From: Stramenopiles sp. TOSAG23-2 | Lineage: Eukaryota | Assembly (NCBI GenBank): GCA_900128395.1 | Contig: LT649288.1 | Span: forward strand, 1-45,384 | Direction of reading: 5' to 3' | DNA length: 45,384 nt | Shown here: piece by piece, positions 22,806 to 33,487 of the stretch | Numbering within the stretch: position 1 is the first letter of the stretch | How the letters are laid out: every line of letters starts with the position of its first letter | Made by a program: the position numbers and the translations under genes | Notes under the pieces: model-generated | The model's input: the letters and a program-made list of their open reading frames with translations, nothing else | Database searches by the model: none | Told to the model about the DNA's origin: nothing

Positions 22806-25437
22806 TTAAATACCTAAATTAGCACCAAGACCACTATTTCTACCACTACTATTAGATGAACCCCAACCATAAGAGGATCCTCTACTACGATCATATGGTA
22901 CTTTACTATAAGATCTTACTCTATTTTGTGGAATATGAACTGTTTTTTGATTTGCCCCAACTTTATGCGGCGCTACTACATCTGAAAATATATTGTTAAA
23001 TTGTCTATTCAATGCTTCATATGCTGTACGATCGACACCAAGACATTTCATCGGGGAACTATCTGCAATTACATTTGCAGTACGTACAGCATCTGCAATC
23101 ATTGCAAATTCACCAAAAAATTGACCTAATGTACGATTAATTAAATGTTGTTCTATTTCGACTTCTTCCCCATCTACTATTTTAAATGTATTACGAGTGA
23201 TTCGCACCTTACCATTTGCTATAATATACATTCAACTACCCATTTCCCCTTGTTTAATTACAAAATCACCTATGTTGAATGTATAGACATTACTTTGATT
23301 AATCATTTCTTGCAATGCTGCTTTTGGTATATCTTTAAATGTACTAGCATTACTTAATGCTCTTAAAATACTTTCCTTTTCAAATTTAATCATCATTGGT
23401 GATTTTTGACTACCTTTATTACCTTTATTAAGCATGGAACGTAAACGCAAATCTTCATCTTGCTCACCAGCTTCCATGTAACTATTGCCTACTTTATCCG
23501 ACGTTGCAGCTGCATTTGCAGCCGCAATTTGAATTTGTGATTGTCGTCTCCCCGCACCACGCCGTTTTGATGGTGAATTGGAATTACTACTTATATTTTT
23601 CCTTAAATTTTCTAATGCTCTTTCCAAAACTTTATATCGTTCCTCCGCTTCTTGCAAGTCTTTACGTTTCTCATTTTCAACACGATCAAGATTGGATTCT
23701 GCATCGGATAATAAATTTTTCAAACGATCTATTTCATCTTTCAAACCATCACATTCACGTGATATTTGTTGCTTTTGATCATGAATGGACTGTATCTCCA
23801 TTTGTGAATTTTCCATGTTACGATTCATTTGATGTAATTTTCCCATCGAATCTTCGTAATCTTTATCCATTTGCTCAATTCGTTGATCCAACATAGTAGC
23901 TCTTTCTTTTGCAACATCTTTTTCCCTACGTTCACGATCTACAGAAATTTCTAAATCCATTTTCACTTTTCGCAATTTAGCACTATCATTTCGTTCCTTC
24001 TCCAATGCATTTGTTTTACTTTTCAATTGTGCTTCTAACCTACGTATGTTTTCTCGATCCATATTGGATTGTGATTTAGCATCGGATATATTACCAACTG
24101 CACGACTATGTTCCTGCCTTAAACTTTCAACTCGTTCTTGTTCTCGTTGCAAATCAACTTGTAAACCTTGTACTTGCTCTCTCAATGCATGGCCTTCATC
24201 TGCATCTGATTGAGCACGCAATTCAACACGATGTTTCTCATCTTTTACCTGTCGTAATTCTTCTTTTAAAGATGCAATATCTGCATTTAAACTATTACAT
24301 CGATTTTGTAAATCTTGAATTTTTTGTTTTCCTCGATCGGATTCTTCTTTTTCGATTCTAGATTTTTCTTTTACATCTTTATATGCACGTGTTACTTCTT
24401 TCAATTCATTTTGTAATGCATCTTTTGAACTAGATAATTCACTTTTTTCATTTCTTGAATTTTTTTCAATATTGTCCATATTTGCTTCCAATCGTAACAA
24501 TTTTTCCTTGAGAAACGATATTTTTTCTTCCGCTTCTACTAAATGTGTTTGCCTACTTTCTAAATCAATTTTTAATTGATGTAAATCATCATCTACCTTT
24601 AATTTATCACCACGCATAGCATTAAATTCATCTACTTTCGTTAATAATTCTTTTCTTACAATTTCTAATTCTTGTTGGGTTTGATTTATTTTTTCCAATT
24701 TATCACCACGCATAGCATTAAATTCATCTACTTTCGTTAATAATTCTTTTCTTACAATTTCTAATTCTTGTTGGGTTTGATTTATTTTTTCCACATGGCT
24801 ATGATTTGTACCTTCTAAACGTCTTTTCTCTTGCGTCAATTCATTGATACGAGTAGACAATGCTTGGCGCTGATTTGCTTCATCATTTAAACTTTGCTTT
24901 AATTTAGTAATATGAGATTTTCTTGAATTCATTACAAAATTTTGTGCTGAATTGTTTCTCTTCAATTCTTGCACCATAGCTTCCAATTCCTTATTTCGTT
25001 CCATTTGAATATCCAATGCACTAGAGTTTTCGGATAATGTTTTGATTTGATCTTTTGACCTATCTATCTCCGATTGCATACGATCTTTCAATTCCAATAT
25101 ACGACGTTCCAATTTTAAATTTTTTTCATTTGAAGCAACTAATTTACCTTTAATATGATTATGTTGCATTTCAAATTTTGTTTTTTCATGTTGTACGGAT
25201 GCTAAACTTTCTCTTAATTGATCACACGTACGTTTATTACGCGCTGCAGTTTGTTGTAAATTTTTTGCTTCAGCCAATGAAAACGTAGATGAATTTTGGC
25301 CATTGTCATCCATACCCATATCTACGCCTGCATTTCCATATTCTGCTTGCCCTTTTTGAAATTCTTCCGCCCACGCCATATTTTTCAATGAATGCATAAA
25401 CTCCCCACCTTTTGGACTAAACGGTCCTAATAATTGC

Positions 25438-25470
<33 letters not shown>

Positions 25471-25578
25471 CTTCGTGATGATGTAGAATATTCGGATTGT
25501 GGTGAGTTGTTACGATGGTGATTAGATGATGAATGCATAAACTCCCCACCTTTTGGACTAAACGGTCCTAATAATTGC

Positions 25579-25611
<33 letters not shown>

Positions 25612-26063
25612 CTTCGTGATGATGTAGAATATTCGGATTGTGGTGAGTTGTTACGATGGTGATTAGATGGAGATACATGATGATGAAATGCATCTTCGTA
25701 TTGGCGTGGTGAAATGTATGTTTCACGACCTGGACTTTTATGTGCAGGTAGTACAAACGTGCCATTTTTCATTTTTTCCAACTGCAACTGCTGTTCTAAC
25801 ATTTTAATACGTAATAAAGCATCATTTAATAAACGTGGTGAAATGTATGTTTCACGACCTGGACTTTTATGTGCAGGTAGTACAAACGTGCCATTTTTCA
25901 TTTTTTCCAACTGCAACTGCTGTTCTAACATTTTAATACGTAATAAAGCATCATTTAATAAAGAGGCTAAATGTCCTTTTACGTCTGTTTCTGGTAAAAA
26001 CGACGAGGTATCATCGTATTTTCTAGACATATCCAACGCATCACTTGTCAATGAATTGTACAT
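22806..26063 (-). CDS. long coiled-coil protein with a C-terminal cyclic-nucleotide-binding domain; one in-frame TGA at 23232-23234
   Basis: ORFs 23232-26063 and 22806-23231 abut in frame: VIKQGEMGS*MYIIANGKV...GQFFGEFAMI...RTANVIA is one cNMP domain. Confidence 0.85.
24601..24792. repeat. perfect 2 x 96-bp tandem duplication within CDS
   Basis: EKINQTQQELEIVRKELLTKVDEFNAMRGDKL occurs twice with identical DNA. Confidence 0.9.
25388..25669. repeat. perfect 2 x 141-bp tandem duplication within CDS
   Basis: Identical copies starting at 25388 and 25529. Confidence 0.9.
25705..25962. repeat. perfect 2 x 129-bp tandem duplication within CDS
   Basis: Identical copies starting at 25705 and 25834. 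Confidence 0.9.
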
Positions 26064-26906
26064 AGTTATTCTGTTTGTATGGTTGTATAATATGGTTTAT
26101 CTCTCTCTCTCTCTCTCTATGTTTCTGTGTGTGTGTCTCTCTCTTGATGTATTGTGTTATAATATTCTTTTTTCATAGATATATATCTAGAATACTGTAT
26201 AATACTGTAATAAATAGATAGTGCTATGCACCTATAGATAAAAAAAAGTAACAAACAAATAATAATAATTTTGGTATAAGTTGATCCAGCTATTACTATA
26301 TATATTAGCACCCAATTAAGGCTGGCCCAGGGCTGGTAAGTTGATAGTTTAAGTGTGATATAGTTATCTTAAGGATTATTGTATTATACTTAGTAGAGTA
26401 CCAGATGAATCGAAGGGAAATTAAAATAAACACCCACAGTTTCCCTGCTATACAGACGACTACAACAGATCACCTCAGATCACATCATACATCATATAGG
26501 ATCACAGATCACAGATACGACAACAAGTATGTATTTTTGTATCCTAATATTAATATTCCTATATCAATGTAGTAATTTTTTATGATTGCGATTTGCGATT
26601 TATGCTAACTGGCTATAATGCATGATGCAATCTGGCAATGTGCCAATCCTGTGGCAATCTAAATCTAAATCCAGGCCCGGCTGGCAACAATATTAATATA
26701 TATAGTTATATAGAAATTAAAAGTAATATACATATGTCATATCGTACACAGTGATGATTTATATATATATATATTTATTAAAAACATTTCATCGAACATG
26801 ACAAGCCTTGCCACAGATACTACTACTACTGCTACTACTACAAAAAATGATAATAATAATGGAAAAAATATATATATATATATTTATTAAAAACATTTCA
26901 TCGAAC

Positions 26907-28325
26907 ATGACAAGCCTTGCCACAGATACTACTACTGCTGCTACTACTACAAAAAATGATAATAATAATGGAAAAGCTACTACTACTGCTACTACTACTA
27001 CAAAAAATGATAATAATAATGGAAAAAAATGGAACGAATTATTGGAAAGGCAATTTACGGAAGAGGAAAAAAAACAATTACACTCGCCAAATTTTGCTCA
27101 ATTGACACCAATCCAAAAGGACGTATTGAGTGGTATGAAAATGATATGTGCTGATAGTTTTGCTAAACTTGATAAAAATTCCGATATGTTAAAAGATAGT
27201 AGAATCTATCGTTATATACAAGGACAAATGTTTAATATGAAAGATGCAAAAAAAAGTCTTGAACAAGCAATAACATGGCGTTTAGAAAATAATGTGGAAG
27301 AAATTGAACAAAAGATAATCAATAATAATGGCAAGCCTGGTTTTATGTCAGTAGAAGAATATCCATATTATGACTTGATGGTTAAAGTTTGGCCTGCAAT
27401 AAGTTTTGTGGATGGATATGGTAAAAATATAAATTTGCAAGTTGATAACGATGGACACCCAATAGTTATAAATCAAATTGGCATGTCTGACCCGACAAAT
27501 ATAACGGAAGGGCATATAAATGAAGAACAAGCAACTTTATTCATGATACATATGGCTGCTGGAAGAGTTTTGCATTTAACAAAATTATCAGAGGAAAGGA
27601 AAGAAATTGTGCGATGTTTTTGCATACAAGATTTAAATGGTCTTGGTATGAAACATTTGTCTAGTCAAACACGCTATTTTATAAAATTATTTATTCGTAT
27701 TATGTCAGAAAATTTCCCAGAAGTAATGGCAAAGATACGAGTTATTAATGCACCATGGGCATTTACAGTTGCATGGAAAATGATCAAACCATTATTGCAT
27801 CCACGCATAATTAAAAAAATTAAAATATTAGGTAAAGGAAATTATCAAGAAGAGATATTAAAAGATGTTCCTGTAAATCAATTACCAAAGTGTTATGGTG
27901 GCAATTTAGATATTTTAATGCCAGCATTAGTAAGTGAAGGTAGCGATGTTGATGAAATAATAATCAGTCGTAGTTCAATGGAAATGATTCATTTTCCAAT
28001 AAATGATATAACAAAATCAAAATTATCATTTCAATTTCAATGCAATAGTGGTGATATTACATTAATTTTTGAATATTTTCCTTGCATATTAGATGATTCA
28101 AAAGAATTTGAAGAATTATATGAACAAATAATGGATGATGCATATGAAGTAAAACGAGTTGAACGGAAAGATAGTGGTGTTATTAATTTATCTATCCCTA
28201 ACGAGGAAGAAAAACATGGTGGAAAAGGTATTGTTAGTGGATATGTTATTATCAAATTTGATAATTCATTTAGTTGGTTAAAATCCAAGACGGTGAAGTA
28301 TAACATAAATGCAATAGATTCGTAA
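26907..28325 (+). CDS. SEC14/CRAL-TRIO lipid-binding protein with a C-terminal GOLD-like domain
   Basis: IQDLNGLG, ENFPEVMAKIRVINAPWAF, LPKCYGG, FDNSFSWLKSKTVKY; ATG at 26907 (a duplicated abortive 5' copy starts at 26798). Confidence 0.93.
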   Translation: MTSLATDTTTAATTTKNDNNNGKATTTATTTTKNDNNNGKKWNELLERQFTEEEKKQLHSPNFAQLTPIQKDVLSGMKMICADSFAKLDKNSDMLKDSRIYRYIQGQMFNMKDAKKSLEQAITWRLENNVEEIEQKIINNNGKPGFMSVEEYPYYDLMVKVWPAISFVDGYGKNINLQVDNDGHPIVINQIGMSDPTNITEGHINEEQATLFMIHMAAGRVLHLTKLSEERKEIVRCFCIQDLNGLGMKHLSSQTRYFIKLFIRIMSENFPEVMAKIRVINAPWAFTVAWKMIKPLLHPRIIKKIKILGKGNYQEEILKDVPVNQLPKCYGGNLDILMPALVSEGSDVDEIIISRSSMEMIHFPINDITKSKLSFQFQCNSGDITLIFEYFPCILDDSKEFEELYEQIMDDAYEVKRVERKDSGVINLSIPNEEEKHGGKGIVSGYVIIKFDNSFSWLKSKTVKYNINAIDS

Positions 28326-28556
28326 TTAATTTGAGAGTATGTGATATATATATCATATATGCACATATATATGAATATTTTGATAAAAATAAAAAAACTT
28401 CTTTCAAAAAAAATAGTTGGTTAAAATCCAAGACGGTGAAGTATAACATAAATGCAATAGATTCGTAATTAATTTGAGAGTATGTGATATATATATCATA
28501 TATGCACATATATATGAATATTTTGATAAAAATAAAAAAACTTCTTTCAAAAAAAA
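28271..28556. repeat. 2 x 143-bp tandem duplication of the SEC14 3' end
   Basis: Identical copies at 28271 and 28414. Confidence 0.9.
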
Positions 28557-28618
28557 TATTTTTAATATTATATAAAATATTTTGTACAACTGAGAGCTGA
28601 GAGGGTGTATTTTTATGA

Positions 28619-28920
28619 TAGCAAAAAAAACAAAAGAGAGAGTATAAGTAGTTCACAATAATGCGCCCAACAACACAGTCTCTCTTACAACCTTGCCTTA
28701 CCATGTATAATAACACCATAAGCATTATTATCCAACTCTTCATATGATTTCACTTCAGGGTTATACCACTAGCAAAAAAAACAAAAGAGAGAGTATAAGT
28801 AGTTCACAATAATGCGCCCAACAACACAGTCTCTCTTACAACCTTGCCTTACCATGTATAATAACACCATAAGCATTATTATCCAACTCTTCATATGATT
28901 TCACTTCAGGGTTATACCAC
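28619..28920. repeat. 2 x 151-bp tandem duplication of the FATP 3' end
   Basis: Identical copies at 28619 and 28770. Confidence 0.9.
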
Positions 28921-30722
28921 CATAACCTATCGTTAATAACTTTCGGATCAAAACCATCTTTCACAAAATCAACTTTACGTTGTTTAAACGTGCCTGTTGA
29001 CTGCATTGCTGGTAGTAAACGGACAAATATTGGACGTTGGTATGTTGCTAAATTATCATCAACATAATTCAAAAATGTATTGAAATCAGGTTTACTACCA
29101 TCTTCAGTCGTTATTGCAACCATACATGCACGGCCATCTTCACTTCCTGGAATTTTAACCCCATACACATTGGCTTCCGTAATTTTAGGTATATCGCTAA
29201 TACAAGCAGCAACTTCACCTGTACTAACGTTTTCACCTTTCCATCGGAATGTATCTCCTACACGATCAACAAACCAAATATAACCATCTTCATCCACTCG
29301 TAATAAATCACCAGTTCGAAAATATTGATCTCCTTTTTTTAAAACATCTTTTAAAACTTTTTTCTCTGTTGCAGCGGTGTCTGTATATGCTTTAAAGGTT
29401 TGATTGGCAGGGATCAAACCAACTAATTCACCTGGTTTATTTAATGGACATTTAATGCATAATCCTGTTTTTGGATCCCGTACAGGCATTTCTGTTACTG
29501 GATCATGTTCGATAATGGTAACTTCACCTTGAACAGCCGCCATGAGTGGGCTCATGTAGCCACAGGCGCCTGCACCAGGAAAATTAATAAAATCTTTTGT
29601 TTTTGTATGATTAACAAAACTTTTATTACCTTCGGTTGCCCCATAGAATTCACCGATCTCTGGTATTCTAAAACGTGTTTGGTATGGTATCCAAGCTTCC
29701 GCTCTCATTCCATTTCCAATTGCAATTCTTACATTATGTGCTTGGTCATATTTCGATGGTTTTGAATTTAATAAATATCTTGCTAATTCACCAATGTATT
29801 GCGTACATGTTGCATTGTATTTCGTGCAATGTTCAAAATATCTAGATGCACTAAATTTACGCGAAACGATCATAGTACAACCCATTAGGAATATACCAGC
29901 ACCTAACATTCCACCAGCGCTATGATATAATGGTAAACATGTATATAATACATCATCTGGTGTGACACCGAATATTGTAGCACTTCTTCTGCCTGCCATC
30001 ATAAACTTGGCATGTGGTATAACGCATGCTTTTGGCAATCCTGTTGTTCCAGAAGTGTATATAAAGCCAAAATTATCATTTGATTTAATACCAGCTCGAG
30101 CTGCTGGGCTAATTTTTTTCGAGGAAGCATTAAGTAAAATTGTATCTAAAGATACGTGTGCAACATTGTTACTATTATCACTGCCGGAAACATATAATGG
30201 CATATTTGGAATATCATTTGCTACATCTGTAACTGCATTTTCCAATTCTGCACCATATATCATACTAGTACATTTACCAGTTTCCAAAGCATGTAACAAT
30301 GTTCTTTTTTTATTATTTGAATTAATCAAAGCTATGACAACGCCTGCTTTTGTTAAACCAAGCCACATCATAATGAATTCAGGCCTATTTTCCATGAAAA
30401 GAGCACATACATCTCTTGGTTTCATTTTAGCAGTTTGTATGGCCCAATTTGCTATTTGATTTGAATATGCTTCAATTTGAGCAAATGTAAATTTCTCCCC
30501 CGTTTCAGCATTGATTAAACCGATTTTATCATGTGGAACACGTTGCAGTGTATATTCCCATGCGTCTGCAACAGTTAAATTTGTACCACCGCGAACAATT
30601 TGTATTAATAATCCATTACGAGATGCATTTCTTAAAAGTTGTATTCCATTTGATAATTTGTAATTTTTTTCTATATAAGCCAATCCACCTACCGTAGCTA
30701 ATAATCCTGCAACTGCTGCCAT
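28836..30722 (-). CDS. SLC27A: fatty-acid transport protein / very-long-chain acyl-CoA synthetase (SLC27/FATP family), probably peroxisomal
   Basis: IYTSGTTGLPK, EFYGATEG, YFRTGDLL, DRVGDTFRWKGENVST; C-terminal ARL (PTS1-type). Confidence 0.95.
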   Translation of the reverse strand: MAAVAGLLATVGGLAYIEKNYKLSNGIQLLRNASRNGLLIQIVRGGTNLTVADAWEYTLQRVPHDKIGLINAETGEKFTFAQIEAYSNQIANWAIQTAKMKPRDVCALFMENRPEFIMMWLGLTKAGVVIALINSNNKKRTLLHALETGKCTSMIYGAELENAVTDVANDIPNMPLYVSGSDNSNNVAHVSLDTILLNASSKKISPAARAGIKSNDNFGFIYTSGTTGLPKACVIPHAKFMMAGRRSATIFGVTPDDVLYTCLPLYHSAGGMLGAGIFLMGCTMIVSRKFSASRYFEHCTKYNATCTQYIGELARYLLNSKPSKYDQAHNVRIAIGNGMRAEAWIPYQTRFRIPEIGEFYGATEGNKSFVNHTKTKDFINFPGAGACGYMSPLMAAVQGEVTIIEHDPVTEMPVRDPKTGLCIKCPLNKPGELVGLIPANQTFKAYTDTAATEKKVLKDVLKKGDQYFRTGDLLRVDEDGYIWFVDRVGDTFRWKGENVSTGEVAACISDIPKITEANVYGVKIPGSEDGRACMVAITTEDGSKPDFNTFLNYVDDNLATYQRPIFVRLLPAMQSTGTFKQRKVDFVKDGFDPKVINDRLWWYNPEVKSYEELDNNAYGVIIHGKARL

Positions 30723-31062
30723 TATATCTTGTTATATTTATACTTCCTCGTTCGTCGTGATTAATATATATATATATATATATTTATCTTGTATATATTA
30801 TGGTTAATTTAATAAATGAATATTTGTATGTATGTGAGGTAAGACACAGTATATTTAGGAATATTTATTATATTCGCGTTTGTTTGTACCACAGGTATAA
30901 ATAAATAATGCAAACTATTTATAATAATATTATTAAATACTCGTATTATTATTAATTTCCTATTATTTAGAATTATACTACAGGTAAAAAAAATAAAAAC
31001 AGGAAATAATATCTTATAATACACATTTCATTCCTGGAAATCATCTTCCATTTAATTCTATC

Positions 31063-32564
31063 TCACTCTTTTTTTCCTTTTGTATAAATGGATCTACAAC
31101 AAATATTATATACAACTTTCCAAACAAATCGAATAAGATATATACTGAAACTACTAAAAATAATAATTAATATTCCAAAAAATAAAAAATTTGATAATTG
31201 AATTCGAGTATTAGATGGATTCCCATGTAGTGGCTCACAAATAATATCATTATTACCATTACTACTACCACCAATAAGTTCATTTAATTTCACTTTCATT
31301 TCAAATTTCGTTTTATTATCTACACCAATCGCTCGCATGATAACATGTTTATCATCGCTCATCTCTATTTCACCAAAATTTAAACCTGGATATGCATGTA
31401 CTCTCCATGGATGAATTCCAATCATAGCCCATAAATAATAAAAACTCCTAAATAATAATGGTGCTGGCATTGGTTTCGGCCAATTCAATGGGCCAGCCCA
31501 TGCATGTGTAAGACCAGACGATGTAAATTCTAAAACACGATGATGCTTTTCTCCATTCATATTGCTTTTATTAGTACATACCATTTCACTCATTTCTGCA
31601 AAATGTACGTCACCTGATAATAATATAACAGGAGATTTAGATGCTGAAAGCAAAGATATAAATCTGTTTCTACTATTTGCAAAATGTACCCAGCTATAAA
31701 TATATATAAATTGTATATATGTTGTTAGGAATTACAAATTGGAAGAATATATTTATATATTAATAATATAAAAAGAGAAGAAATTCAATTTACGTACGTT
31801 TCATGTTTTTCACTTGCCATTCCGACAATTGGTAATACTTGTATACCTGATCCAACTAATATTAAATCGATATTATCTACATCTGTTACAGTTAATTGAT
31901 CTTTTAACCATGCCCATTGTTCTTTCCCAAGAATATCACTTTGTTCAAATTTTGTTGTTTCAACACCTGCATGCCATTTCCAAGGATCACGATTATAACG
32001 AACATCAAGTAATATTATTTTCATTCTTCCAACAATATGTGATGTGTAAACACCTTCCCTAATTCTTCTAGGATCATCTTTAGGTACATTTAAAAAATCA
32101 AGATGCAAATGCATCCTTTCATTCTTCAATTTGAAAAATTTATCTGCATCATTTATTCCACAATCATGATCATCCCATGTGCCAATAATTTCAGTTTGTT
32201 TCGATAAAATTTTATAGTCAGGTATATTTTTTTGTTTCACATACATTGCTTCATGTTCTTCTTTGGTTCTATGTGTAAATCTAGGTCTATCCCCAGGGAG
32301 TAAGGATTCTTTACCTTTGCCACTAAATATGTTTGGATTTTTATAAAAATCAGAACGCCTAACATCCGCATATACATTATCACCAAGCCATGCAAATAAT
32401 TCTGGTTTCCGTGAAGAAATAATTTTCCATAATGGTTGTGGTTCATTTACTTTTGAACAGCTACCAAAAATAATTTTTGTTGAATTTGTTACATGGTTTT
32501 GTGATATTAAAAATATATACAATAATGATAAATGGTAGATACAATGTAACAAATTTAATTTCAT
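31063..32564 (-). CDS. phoD: PhoD-family phosphatase with signal peptide and C-terminal TM; exons 32564-31798 and 31693-31063
   Basis: FGSC, WLGDNVYAD, TWDDHD, LLDVRY, LSGDVH, EFTSSGL; 104-nt GTACGT...TAG intron (31797-31694) joins HE-T-WVHF in frame. Confidence 0.92.
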
Positions 32565-32839
32565 ATTTACTATTAATAAAACATATAATATGATGTATCG
32601 TCTTGTATAAAGTTATATACGCTTTCCAAAAATATTTACTATTAATAAAACATATAATATGATGTATCGTCTTGTATAAAGTTATATACGCTTTCCAAAA
32701 ATATTTACTATTAATAAAACATATAATATGATGTATCGTCTTGTATAAAGTTATATACGCTTTCCAAAAATATTTACTATTAATAAAACATATAATATGA
32801 TGTATCGTCTTGTATAAAGTTATATATGCTTTCCAAAAA
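32563..32839. repeat. 4 x 69-bp tandem array abutting the phoD start codon
   Basis: Units at 32563, 32632, 32701 and 32770; one C>T difference in the fourth unit. Confidence 0.95.
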
Positions 32840-33487
32840 CCAGGTAGCTACATCCATTTCTATATATTTACATACTACACACACATATACTGGCATACAC
32901 ATATATTAATTATTATTACAGTATACCTTGTGTAAATTCAATAAATGTTTAAAAAAAAATATAAAAAGAGAGAAGAAGAAGAAAAGTATGGCACAGCAGT
33001 GCACCAGTGGGATAAACGAAAACCTCCCCAACAAAACCAGTGGGGTTCTATAATAAGTATAGATTTAGTATACTATAAATATATATTATATAGGATAATT
33101 TCATCCCACTTAACTTATTTATTAAATTGACCGTACTCCAACCTCCGACATTATCAGGTAGCTATACTATATAATAGCTACTATAAAGCTCACGCAGTAG
33201 CTACTTGGTACAGGTACAAAAGTATATATAAGTATAAAAAGTTTTTCGTCCCACCCCCCTCTCTGCTAAATAATTTCGTATATCCAAATGAAATCAGAAA
33301 AAAAAAGATATATTATAATTATACATATTTAATACTGCGAGTACATATGATGTGAATGTGATGGAAGAGGGAGATAATTGAAAAAGCAGAAATTGTATTC
33401 TATATTCTCTAGCCATTACATACAGACATATATATATATACGTATTGATAATAAACACTAGTAATATATCATATATTTTGATAAAAA

